Source of the DNA: Candidatus Latescibacterota bacterium
GTDB lineage: Bacteria; Latescibacterota; UBA2968
Length of the DNA: 64,000 nt
Assembly (NCBI GenBank): GCA_965116885.1
Contig: OZ220741.1
Coordinates: forward strand, 4,128,001-4,192,000
Reading direction: 5' to 3'
Notes under the pieces: generated by a model
Told to the model about the DNA's origin: nothing
Database searches by the model: none
The model's input: only the letters and a program-made list of their open reading frames with translations
Part shown: piece after piece, positions 38,470-47,069 of the stretch
Position numbering within the stretch: the first letter of the stretch is position 1
How the letters are laid out: the number at the start of each line of letters is the position of its first letter
Translations under genes and position numbers: made by a program

Positions 38470-39468
38470 ATGAAAAAAGCTCTTATAGTTGGAATTGATA
38501 ATTACGATCCACCCAATGCATTGGGTGGATGCGTGAATGACGCAGTAGAGGTGAGTAGGGTCATAGAAATGAACGAGGATAGATCGCCAAACTTTGATGT
38601 TCGGTACATGATTAGTAGCGAGAGTGGTGTAACTAGCCAAAGGTTAAACGAAGCATTAAAAGAATTGTTCTCTGGTCAAGCAGAAACAGTAATCTTTTAT
38701 TTTGCTGGGCATGGTATCATCGATGATGTGGCCAATGATGGCTATCTAGTTACTCAAGATGGAAGTGAGCCTAATTGGGGTATTTCTTTATCCCATATCC
38801 TCGAAATGGCCAATAATTCTCATCCTAAAATCCAATCTACGGTGATTATTTTGGATAGCTGTAATTCAGGTTTTGCAGGAGAAGTGTCCGGCCTGGGGCA
38901 AGGTGATGCCACCCCTTCAATAATCGGAAATGGCGTGACTATACTGACGGCCTGCCATCGTCAAGGAACAGCGGCAGAGTCAAATGGACACGGAACATTT
39001 ACGTCAATTATTCTGGATGGATTGCGCGGTGCGGCCTGTGATGTCATTGGCCGCATAACGCCAGCTTCCCTTTATGCTCATGTGGATCAGACTCTTGGAG
39101 CATGGGAGCAACGTCCTATCTACAAGGCGAATGTTCAGAGTTTTATCACCCTGCGTGAAGTCAGCCCTAAAGTACCTTTAGAGGTGCTTCGTAGGCTTCC
39201 AGAATATTTTCCGAATTCTTCAGATGTATTCAAACTTGATCCAACTTTCGAACCGGACCGTGGGGAGAAAGCTGACTGTTTGAAGAACATCCCTATCAAT
39301 GAGGACAACGTAACTATCTATCGGGAACTTCAGCAGTGCAATCGTGTCAATTTGGTCGTACCAGTAGGCTATGATCATATGTGGCATGCAGCCGTGTTTT
39401 CAGGAGGGTGCAGACTGACCGCCACTGGAGCCCATTATCGCAAATTAGCCAAACTCAATAGAATTTAG
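38470..39468 (+). CDS. Caspase-like (peptidase C14) protease with C-terminal extension
   Basis: KALIVGIDNY, LGGCVNDA, FYFAGHG (His), ILDSCNSG (Cys), HGTFTS. Confidence 0.93.
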   Translation: MKKALIVGIDNYDPPNALGGCVNDAVEVSRVIEMNEDRSPNFDVRYMISSESGVTSQRLNEALKELFSGQAETVIFYFAGHGIIDDVANDGYLVTQDGSEPNWGISLSHILEMANNSHPKIQSTVIILDSCNSGFAGEVSGLGQGDATPSIIGNGVTILTACHRQGTAAESNGHGTFTSIILDGLRGAACDVIGRITPASLYAHVDQTLGAWEQRPIYKANVQSFITLREVSPKVPLEVLRRLPEYFPNSSDVFKLDPTFEPDRGEKADCLKNIPINEDNVTIYRELQQCNRVNLVVPVGYDHMWHAAVFSGGCRLTATGAHYRKLAKLNRI

Positions 39469-39478
39469 GGAGGTACCA

Positions 39479-39961
39479 ATGCCGATTAAAGTATTCATAT
39501 CGCACAAAGACTCTGATGCAATAATTGCCGAAAGCGTTAACAGACGTATTCGTAGGAATGGACTGGAAACATATCTTGATGTTATCGACGACGCTCTTGG
39601 GAAAGATGGACCAGACCTCGCAGATCATCTTTTAAGTAGGATGGGGGAGTGCCAGCAACTTGTGGCTGTTGTTTCATCCTCCACCAAAGATTCTTGGTGG
39701 GTACCGTGGGAGATTGGTGTCGGCGCAGAGAAGGGATTTCTAATGGCGAGCTTTTCATATAGCCATGTTCAGTTGCCAAGCTATCTTGAAAAATGGCCTG
39801 CTCTTCACTCTGATCGTGATATTGATCTTTATTGCCGATATTCAAGGCGGACAGATGCAGAGATTGGCAGGAGATATTGGCTCACAGAACAACAAAAATT
39901 TTCCCTTCGCAAAGACGAAGCCCTTAATTTCCATAAACAACTACGTACTGCTTTGGGTTGA
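39479..39961 (+). CDS. Second TIR domain protein (TIR_2-like)
   Basis: KVFISHKDSD, SWWVPWEIGVG (catalytic Glu), LPSYL; GGAGG RBS. Confidence 0.88.
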   Translation: MPIKVFISHKDSDAIIAESVNRRIRRNGLETYLDVIDDALGKDGPDLADHLLSRMGECQQLVAVVSSSTKDSWWVPWEIGVGAEKGFLMASFSYSHVQLPSYLEKWPALHSDRDIDLYCRYSRRTDAEIGRRYWLTEQQKFSLRKDEALNFHKQLRTALG

Positions 39962-40137
39962 TAGAGTGTCTGAAGACTACCCGATATCAGGTACTACTGA
40001 ACCATTAATCCCAAGTGCAGGTCCGTCAGAATGGATAAAAAATGAAGGATGATTGACATACTCAAAATCAATTGATTATGCTAAATATCTGGGCAAGATA
40101 AAGTTATGCATCCGAATAGCTTTTCCGTTGTCCTGTA

Positions 40138-40239
40138 CTACAACTTGATACAATCTAACCTCAGCCGAAACCCCAGAGCAGAAATAATAGCCATCAGGTT
40201 GTCGAGCTTCGGTTTGCTGCGACTTGAAAGCACGCGGTA
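40138..40239 (-). pseudogene. 3' fragment of HI1420-like antidote gene, copy B, truncated by IS3
   Basis: Minus frame reads YRVLSSRSKPKLDNLMAIISALGFRLRLDCIKL*; abuts the IS left end. Confidence 0.7.
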
Positions 40240-40294
40240 TGGACTTGACCCGTTTTGGTGGGTACCTTATCAGTAATCAGAAAGGAGCCCTACT

Positions 40295-40606
40295 ATGCCA
40301 CCAACACGTCCACCTTATCCAGCCGAGTTGAAGCACCAAATCATCGAGCTTGTGCGCGCTGGTCGCTCTCCGGCTGAACTGGCCAGAGAGTTTGAGCCGA
40401 CCGCTCAGACCATCCAAAACTGGATACGCCAAGCTGATCGAGATGAAGGACTTCGAGAAGACGGCCTGACCAGTTCTGAGCGAGAAGAGTTGCGTGTTCT
40501 TCGACGTGAGAACAAGCAGTTGCGCATTGAGCGCGAGATACTCTCAAAAGCAGCAGCCTGGTTCGCAGCGGAGACCGACGCGATCCCAAGAAAATCTTCG
40601 CGTTGA
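40295..40606 (+). CDS. IS3 transposase OrfA
   Basis: YPAELKHQII..LAREF HTH; LRRENKQLRIEREILSKAAAWFA. Confidence 0.93.
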   Translation: MPPTRPPYPAELKHQIIELVRAGRSPAELAREFEPTAQTIQNWIRQADRDEGLREDGLTSSEREELRVLRRENKQLRIEREILSKAAAWFAAETDAIPRKSSR

Positions 40607-41454
40607 TAAAAGCGCACCAGGCACTTTGGCCTATCGCCACGCAATGCCGAGTCTTGGGTGTCTCCCTCAGCGGGTATTATGCCTGGCGAGCACGTCCACC
40701 CTCTAAACGAGCAAAGGTTGATGTGGACCTGAAGAAGCATATCGAAGCCTTTCATACCCGATCAGATGGTACTTATGGTGCCCCTCGCATTTGGAAAGAT
40801 CTGATGGATATAGGCATCCTTGTAGGCAAGAAGCGCGTGGCGCGTCTGATGCGTGAGATGGGTATTTGTGGCATAAGCCGCAGAAAGAGCACGCAAACGA
40901 CGTGTAAGGTGCAACAGTCTGATAAGGCTCCCGATCTGGTCAAGCGTGACTTTGCTGTGGCAACGGTCAATAAACTCTGGGTAGCCGACATCACCTACGT
41001 ACCCACTTGGTCGGGCTTCTTGTATCTCAGTGTTGTCATAGATGCCTTCTCCCGCCGCGTCGTGGGTTGGGCAATGGCAACACACCTGCAAAGTGAGTTG
41101 GTCTTGTCAGCTTTGAATATGGCCCTTTACCAGCGTCGTCCCGAAGGCGTGATCCACCACTCTGATCAGGGGGCGCAATATACCTCCATCGCATTTGGAG
41201 AGCGTTGTCGTGAAACTGGCGTACGTCCTTCAATGGGGGTTGCTGGCGACTGCTATGACAACGCGCTGTGCGAGAGCTTCTTCGCCACGCTTGAATGTGA
41301 ACTGATCAATCGCCGATCCTTCCGTACGCACAAGGAAGCCCGCTTGGCTATCTTCTCCTACATTGAAGGATGGTATAATCCACATCGCAGGCATTCTTCC
41401 ATCGCCTACTATGCGCCGATAGCTTATGAAAAACTGCATCTATCACGGGCTTGA
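40603..41454 (+). CDS. IS3 transposase OrfB (DDE)
   Basis: WVADITYV, HHSDQGAQY, DNALCESFF; -1 frame relative to orfA. Confidence 0.95.
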   Translation: MIKAHQALWPIATQCRVLGVSLSGYYAWRARPPSKRAKVDVDLKKHIEAFHTRSDGTYGAPRIWKDLMDIGILVGKKRVARLMREMGICGISRRKSTQTTCKVQQSDKAPDLVKRDFAVATVNKLWVADITYVPTWSGFLYLSVVIDAFSRRVVGWAMATHLQSELVLSALNMALYQRRPEGVIHHSDQGAQYTSIAFGERCRETGVRPSMGVAGDCYDNALCESFFATLECELINRRSFRTHKEARLAIFSYIEGWYNPHRRHSSIAYYAPIAYEKLHLSRA

Positions 41455-41645
41455 TACACAAGCCCTAAACTCTCCACCGAAGCGGGGTAACTCCAATACT
41501 ACTGCTTGACAGAGAGAGAAATAGCTCTATATTTTTTAGAAACTACACTTAAACTTTTCTTTTTTGAAAAGAATTTCACACAAGTTATACTTTCAGTGCG
41601 TGTTGTGAATCGGCGAATATCGGGGACGGGAAGGGAAAATTTAAC

Positions 41646-42161
41646 TTGAACTATCAAAGCCTATACTGGGATGCCTTAATGCAACTCAGGGCCAGTGTTT
41701 ATTATTTACAAGCCTATCAGATACACTCTGAAAAATGGGATAACAGGATACAGATATTTTTGGCTATTACCTCCAGTTCAAGCATTGGTGGATGGGTTAT
41801 TTGGAATGAATATGGCATAATTTGGGGGTGCGTAATTGCCGTCTCACAAGTGATCAATGCCATCAAGGGATTTTTGCCATTTCAGAAACGAGCTAAGCAG
41901 ATCGGGAGCCTTAATACAGAAGTGGAAAAGTTGGCCTTGGATGCAGAAAGCCAGTGGTATTCGGTATTTGAAGGCAAACTTACCGACGAGGATATTTTCA
42001 ACCTCGTCACCAAACTAAAGCAGCAAAAACTGGAGGCATCACACAAGCATTTCAAAGATCAAGCTCTACCGACAAAATCAAAGTACATCACCGAAGCAGA
42101 GGAACGAACAAGGGCCTATTTTCAGACCTATATAAAGGCCTTTACAACAGGAGAGAGTTAA
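41646..42161 (+). CDS. SLATT-like two-TM protein
   Basis: Two hydrophobic helices followed by a helical tail; TTGACA-16-TATATT at 41506-41533. Confidence 0.55.
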   Translation: MNYQSLYWDALMQLRASVYYLQAYQIHSEKWDNRIQIFLAITSSSSIGGWVIWNEYGIIWGCVIAVSQVINAIKGFLPFQKRAKQIGSLNTEVEKLALDAESQWYSVFEGKLTDEDIFNLVTKLKQQKLEASHKHFKDQALPTKSKYITEAEERTRAYFQTYIKAFTTGES

Positions 42162-42162
42162 A

Positions 42163-42396
42163 ATGGCTAAAAAAAAGAATTCCATGAGAAAAGAAGAACC
42201 ATCAGGGAATAGACGGACCTCAGCTACGTCCACTAAGCGAGACACCCGCCTAGTGTTCCAAAGCGAAGATCGGAATATACCTACTTTCGACGTAGGTCTC
42301 CCCATGCCCCAAGCAGCTAAGCCTCCTAAAGAAAGTGATGGAGCAGACTTGTCGCCAAGTCAGAGAGAGAAATCTTCGCCAGAGAAGCCTTCTTAA
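42163..42396 (+). CDS. Small disordered hypothetical protein
   Basis: 77-aa ORF 1 bp after the previous stop, with GGAGAG RBS. Confidence 0.4.
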   Translation: MAKKKNSMRKEEPSGNRRTSATSTKRDTRLVFQSEDRNIPTFDVGLPMPQAAKPPKESDGADLSPSQREKSSPEKPS

Positions 42397-42453
42397 GTGT
42401 ATCTTCAATGCGATGTGTTAATTTAATTTTAGATTGCGTTAATTTTAACAAAA

Positions 42454-42488
42454 GACGGCCTTGAGTATTTGATCACTCAAGGCCGTTT
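42454..42488. terminator. Hairpin terminator
   Basis: GACGGCCTTGAGT...ACTCAAGGCCGTT. Confidence 0.65.
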
Positions 42489-42727
42489 GTGTACTCAAGG
42501 TGGTGCGGTGTAAAACCGTTTGGTGCATCTTTGGATTGACCTGGGTGGCTACGGGATTTGTCAGGCACGGTACACAATTTTTGAGTATAATAATCTTTAT
42601 ACTCAAAAATGACCTTGAAAACCCCTGTTTTTTCGAGCAAATTGCAGATAGACATTTATCATTATATACAAAAAGAGGAGGGGGCGATTCGCCCGGTTCG
42701 ACAGCGCATCTATGGAGACACGACGCG

Positions 42728-42994
42728 ATGAAGAGAACATTGACTATTGACTACGGTAGCGAAGTCCTGCTGGCCCTCGGATATACACCTAAGCAGTTCA
42801 GCGAAGAGGCCAAGATCCTCATCGCCGTCAAGCTCTACGAGTTAGGCCGTTTGTCCTCGGAGGGAGCAGCCAAGCTGGCCGGCATTCCCAAGCCCTTATT
42901 TCTGACAAAGCTCGCCGAATACGGCGTCGATACCTTCCAACTGACTGAGGACGACCTCCAACAGGACTTAGATAGTGCCCGTCGTCATCTGTAA
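42728..42994 (+). CDS. UPF0175 family antitoxin-like protein
   Basis: AVKLYELGRLSSEGAAKLAGIPKPLFLTKLAEYGV..LTEDDLQQDL; GGAGA RBS. Confidence 0.85.
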   Translation: MKRTLTIDYGSEVLLALGYTPKQFSEEAKILIAVKLYELGRLSSEGAAKLAGIPKPLFLTKLAEYGVDTFQLTEDDLQQDLDSARRHL

Positions 42995-43004
42995 TACTTC
43001 TCCA
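42975..43004 (+). pseudogene. First ~10 codons of a DUF3368 PIN toxin, remainder deleted
   Basis: GTG-CCC-GTC-GTC-ATC-TGT-AAT-ACT-TCT-CCA = MPVVICNTSP, overlapping the UPF0175 end as in intact pairs. Confidence 0.6.
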
Positions 43005-43018
43005 GATGGGAAAACAGC

Positions 43019-43627
43019 ATGCATATTTATATTGTATTCGCGCACCCGAGTAGGCGATCTTTTACGGGTGATGTGCTTGTAGAATTTTGTCGTGGGTTGG
43101 AGGATGGGGGCCACTCGTATGAGATAGGTGATTTGTACGAAATGGATTTCAGGACTGATATGAGTCTGGACGAATACAACCGGGAGATGAATGTGTATGG
43201 CAATCGTCCGGATTTGCCCGTTCCCCCTGATGTGCAAGCTGAACATGCAAAGATTGAGAAGGCTGATGGCTTGGTGTTCGTATTTCCAAATTGGTGGAGT
43301 GATTGTCCGGCAAAATTGAAGGGATGGTTTGATCGGGTCTGTGTCTGTGGATATACGTATGTGTATGAGAACGAGGAATATCCGATGTCTGGACTCGAGG
43401 TTGATAGGGCATTGGTCTTGTGTACTGCGGGTCACACATGCGAGCATCTCGAAGAAACCGGTATTTTGGAGAGTATGCGGTGTATTTATCTCAATGATCG
43501 CCTTCGCCCTGAAATAGGCGTGGCATGGACGGATATGGTTGTGTTGGGAGGTATGGGAGAAGTCGAAGAGAGTATAAGGCAGGAGAATCTCGTAAAGGCT
43601 TATCAGTTGGGAAAGGAGTTTTGCTGA
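43019..43627 (+). CDS. Flavodoxin-like NAD(P)H dehydrogenase (quinone) family
   Basis: IVFAHP..SFT, FVFPNWWSDCPAKLKGWFDRV. Confidence 0.9.
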   Translation: MHIYIVFAHPSRRSFTGDVLVEFCRGLEDGGHSYEIGDLYEMDFRTDMSLDEYNREMNVYGNRPDLPVPPDVQAEHAKIEKADGLVFVFPNWWSDCPAKLKGWFDRVCVCGYTYVYENEEYPMSGLEVDRALVLCTAGHTCEHLEETGILESMRCIYLNDRLRPEIGVAWTDMVVLGGMGEVEESIRQENLVKAYQLGKEFC

Positions 43628-43665
43628 AAGTATTCCGTCTATATGTTTGTCCACCAGATATTTAG

Positions 43666-43700
43666 CCCCACAAGTTTAATTGATTTTGTGGGGATTTTTT
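43666..43700 (+). terminator. Intrinsic terminator
   Basis: CCCCACAA...TTGTGGGG-A-T6. Confidence 0.6.
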
Positions 43701-43816
43701 ATTTTTGCTAAACTATTTTTTTTGAAAAACATTTGATGTGTTTGACTGAGCGTCGTATTATTGGGAAAATGAATGTGTGATCGGTAAAGCTAAATTAACG
43801 ACTGAAAAGGTATAAC

Positions 43817-45232
43817 ATGCGCAGAGCGAAAATTGTGAGTACACTCGGGCCCGCGAGTTCTTCGGCGCGCGTGATAGAGCAACTGATTGGGGCGGGGGTG
43901 GATGTTTTTCGGCTCAATTTTTCACACGGCACGCGGGATGAACATGCGGAGAATGTTGGACGCATTCGGCAGATTGCGGATAACATGCAGCGCAGTGTTG
44001 CCATTTTGCAGGATTTGCAAGGTCCAAAAATGCGGGTGGGGAAACTCGCAGAGGATCCGATTGAGTTGAAGGAAGGCAACAGGCTGACGGTGACGACCCG
44101 CGAAGTGCCGGGCGATGCCGAGTGCGTATCGACAACTTATGCGGGGTTGCCCCGAGATGTGAAGCCCGCGGATCGCATTTTGCTCGATGACGGGCATATC
44201 GAGTTGATTGTGCGCGAGGTCTATCGCTCGGATGTCGTGTGTGAGGTTGTGGTGGGCGGGCTGTTAAAATCCAATAAGGGCATCAATTTGCCCGGTGTGC
44301 GTGTCAGCGCGCCTTCTCTGACAGTCAAAGACCGGGAGGACCTGGATCTGGGGATCGAATTGGGTGTGGATTATATTGCACTGTCTTTTGTGCGGGAACC
44401 CGACGATGTGCGAGAGGTTCAACATATTATTGAACGGGCAGAGAAGGAGATCCCCGTTATTGCAAAGCTGGAACGCGCTGAAGCCGTCGATCACCTCGAA
44501 GATATTCTCGATGTTGCCGACGGCGTGATGGTTGCGCGGGGCGACCTGGGCGTGGAATTATCACCTGAAGACGTACCGGTGATCCAGAAACGCGTGATTT
44601 CGGCGGCCAATCGCGCGGGGGTGTTTGTGATTACGGCCACGCAGATGCTGGAGTCGATGACCGATCACCCACGGCCCACGCGCGCCGAGGCGTCAGATGT
44701 GGCCAATGCAATTTTCGACGGCACCGATGCGGTGATGCTGTCTGGCGAGACCGCGATTGGTAAATATCCCGTTCAAACCGTGCAAATGATGGCGCGGATT
44801 ATTGAGAAGGCAGAAGCAAGTGTGGAACTCGCCCCGCCAATTTTAAATCTGGATGCATCGCTCTCTTTCCCAGATGCTATAGGGCAAGCCGCTGCTGCGG
44901 TATCGACTGCGGTATCTCCCAAAGCCATTGTCGCATTTACCCAGTCGGGATCTACAGCGCGTCTGATTTCAAAGCGCAGACCGCGCACGCCGATTATTGC
45001 GTTTACGCCCAGCGAGCGGATATGTCGGCGGTTGTGCTTGTGCTGGGGGGTTGAACCCCGTCAAATTACGCTGATCGACGATACGGATCGCATGGTAGCG
45101 GAAGTTGAAGCGCGTTTGCTCTCTGAGGGCAATGTGCGTTTCGGAGATACGCTGGTGATCCTGGCCGGTGCGCCCATCACGGCGCGTGCCGAGACCAATT
45201 TGTTGAAATTGCATCGGGTTGGGGAAATATAG
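43817..45232 (+). CDS. pyk: Pyruvate kinase
   Basis: RLNFSHG, DLQGPK, MVARGDLGVE, ATQMLESM, RAEASDVANA. Confidence 0.98.
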   Translation: MRRAKIVSTLGPASSSARVIEQLIGAGVDVFRLNFSHGTRDEHAENVGRIRQIADNMQRSVAILQDLQGPKMRVGKLAEDPIELKEGNRLTVTTREVPGDAECVSTTYAGLPRDVKPADRILLDDGHIELIVREVYRSDVVCEVVVGGLLKSNKGINLPGVRVSAPSLTVKDREDLDLGIELGVDYIALSFVREPDDVREVQHIIERAEKEIPVIAKLERAEAVDHLEDILDVADGVMVARGDLGVELSPEDVPVIQKRVISAANRAGVFVITATQMLESMTDHPRPTRAEASDVANAIFDGTDAVMLSGETAIGKYPVQTVQMMARIIEKAEASVELAPPILNLDASLSFPDAIGQAAAAVSTAVSPKAIVAFTQSGSTARLISKRRPRTPIIAFTPSERICRRLCLCWGVEPRQITLIDDTDRMVAEVEARLLSEGNVRFGDTLVILAGAPITARAETNLLKLHRVGEI

Positions 45233-45237
45233 CTCTC

Positions 45238-47010
45238 ATGGGTGAAAAACTGATAGAAAATAAGGTCCTCAAATTGAGGGCCTGTTTTATACTAATCGCT
45301 CTGATGGCTGTTGTGCCAGCTCATGGGCAAACTTTATCTGATGACCCCATTGTGAGATGGCTACACATTTCGGGGCATCGGGCGATTTGGGGGGGAGAAC
45401 TGAAAGCGCTGATGGTCACGCGCGCTTCGCCCTGGTATGATTTTCTTCCCTGGATCCACGCACGCAGACACGATCCTTTGACACTTGCCTCTGATCTGAA
45501 AAAATTGCGAGTATATTACCGAGATTTGGGATATTTGGCAGTATCGGTGCATTCGACTATTGAGCAGCTTGGCCCAGATGAGATTGGGCTGGGGGTACAC
45601 ATTACAGAGGGGCCTTTGACGCGGATTTCCAGAGCGTCAGTAATTGGCGGTGAAGATATCGAGAACGCTTTTGGACAGCTTGAGGGCAAACCGCTATCGA
45701 GCGACCTCGTGAACAAGAGCGTGTCGGAGGCGGTAAGTGGGTTGCGGAACAAGGGCTATGCGTTTGTGCGCGCTGAGGTCGATACGACGATTGTGGCACA
45801 ACAGGCTGAACTCGTTCTAAAACTTGCACCTGGCCCTGTATGCAGCGTGGGCGTTGTGCAAATATCGGGGCACAAAGCCATGGCGGAAAATACGATCTTG
45901 CGCGGTCTCACATTTAAGCCGGGCGATCAATTTAGCGAAGAGGCATTGCAAAACAGCCAGTACCTGCTCTATCGTGCGGGAGTGTTTCGGTCTGTGGCTT
46001 TGGGATTGGCAGATAGCATAGCGCACGGCAATCGGGTAGATGTAGCTTTGCGCGTGTCCGAACGCCCCTTTCGTACGTTGCGCGTGGGCACGGGGTACGA
46101 CACGGATGAAGACTTGTGGGCCTCGGGTGCGTGGACACATCGCAATTTTGGAGGGGATTTCCGTCAGTTTAAGCTGTCTGGGCGCGTTTCCGGAAAGAAC
46201 AGGGAAGCGGTTATCGGCTTGCGGCAGGCGCATTTCAGGGGCAGTCGCAATTGGTTGAATGTCGGTGGGTTTGTGCAGCGCGAACGGCAGGCGGCATTCG
46301 TGCAAGAAGAGGTGGGGGGAAATATATCTATTGAGAGAAATCTTACGAGCGCAACAGATGTGATCGCGCAGTTCAGCGGTGGCGTAGTTGATTTTTCAGC
46401 TGATAGCGCGTTTGCCGAAATGAAGGCCGGATTGCTCAGGGATACGCGTGACGATATTTTTGACCCGCAATCGGGCATGCTCGCAAAACTCACCCTGCGC
46501 GAACGCGGGCGGTTTCTAAGGGCGGACAGCGAATTTTTGCAGGCGACGGCAGAGGGGCGATGGTTTCGTCGCATACCCTTGCGAAGTGTGCTGGCACTCC
46601 GCGTGCAGGGCGGCGTGATTTTTGAACTGGGCAAGGCGGGCGGCGTGCCCAATGTCGAACGGTTTTTTGCAGGGGGGCTCAATAGTGTGAGGGGATGGGG
46701 ATTGAATGAATTGGGACCAAAAGACCAGCAGGGCGAGCCAACGGGCGGTTTGAGCCGTGTGGAAATGAGCATGGAGATTAGAACACAGATATTTTTTTCA
46801 CTGGGTACAGCCGTTTTTGTAGATGTGGGCAATGTCGATGCGAAAGCGGGTGCGTTTAACCTCGGATCGCTTAAGTACGCTGTAGGCGCGGGACTTAGGT
46901 ATTTGAGTCCGGTTGGGCCCGTGAGATTTGATGTGGGCTACCGCCTGTCGGATGATATTACTGTGAAAAAACGAATCCAGTATCACATCAGTTTGGGACA
47001 GGCGTTTTGA
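45238..47010 (+). CDS. Omp85 family (TamA/BamA-like) protein
   Basis: POTRA repeats, RFFAGGLNSVRGW, YLSPVGPVRFDVG, C-terminal LGQAF. Confidence 0.9.
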   Translation: MGEKLIENKVLKLRACFILIALMAVVPAHGQTLSDDPIVRWLHISGHRAIWGGELKALMVTRASPWYDFLPWIHARRHDPLTLASDLKKLRVYYRDLGYLAVSVHSTIEQLGPDEIGLGVHITEGPLTRISRASVIGGEDIENAFGQLEGKPLSSDLVNKSVSEAVSGLRNKGYAFVRAEVDTTIVAQQAELVLKLAPGPVCSVGVVQISGHKAMAENTILRGLTFKPGDQFSEEALQNSQYLLYRAGVFRSVALGLADSIAHGNRVDVALRVSERPFRTLRVGTGYDTDEDLWASGAWTHRNFGGDFRQFKLSGRVSGKNREAVIGLRQAHFRGSRNWLNVGGFVQRERQAAFVQEEVGGNISIERNLTSATDVIAQFSGGVVDFSADSAFAEMKAGLLRDTRDDIFDPQSGMLAKLTLRERGRFLRADSEFLQATAEGRWFRRIPLRSVLALRVQGGVIFELGKAGGVPNVERFFAGGLNSVRGWGLNELGPKDQQGEPTGGLSRVEMSMEIRTQIFFSLGTAVFVDVGNVDAKAGAFNLGSLKYAVGAGLRYLSPVGPVRFDVGYRLSDDITVKKRIQYHISLGQAF

Positions 47011-47069
47011 ATCCGCAGATGGACGCAGATGGAAAAGTCAAAAGCAATGACTGAAAAGGCAGCAGTCAA

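Larger units (their letters stand above)
40240..41495 (+). mobile_element. IS3-family insertion sequence (1256 bp)
   Basis: TG...CA ends; imperfect TIRs TGGACTTGACCCGTTTTGGTGG and (reverse complement) TGGAGTTACCCCGCTTCGGTGG; orfA/orfB layout. Confidence 0.93.
30800..43010. mobile_element. AT-richer defence/toxin-antitoxin island
   Basis: Visible composition shift after metH; defence genes, an IS and TA remnants; boundaries approximate, no integrase seen. Confidence 0.7.

Noticed and set aside
36694..40239. 77-bp repeats as att sites or ncRNA
   Set aside because: Both copies translate to an antidote-protein C-terminus, so gene remnants are the simpler explanation
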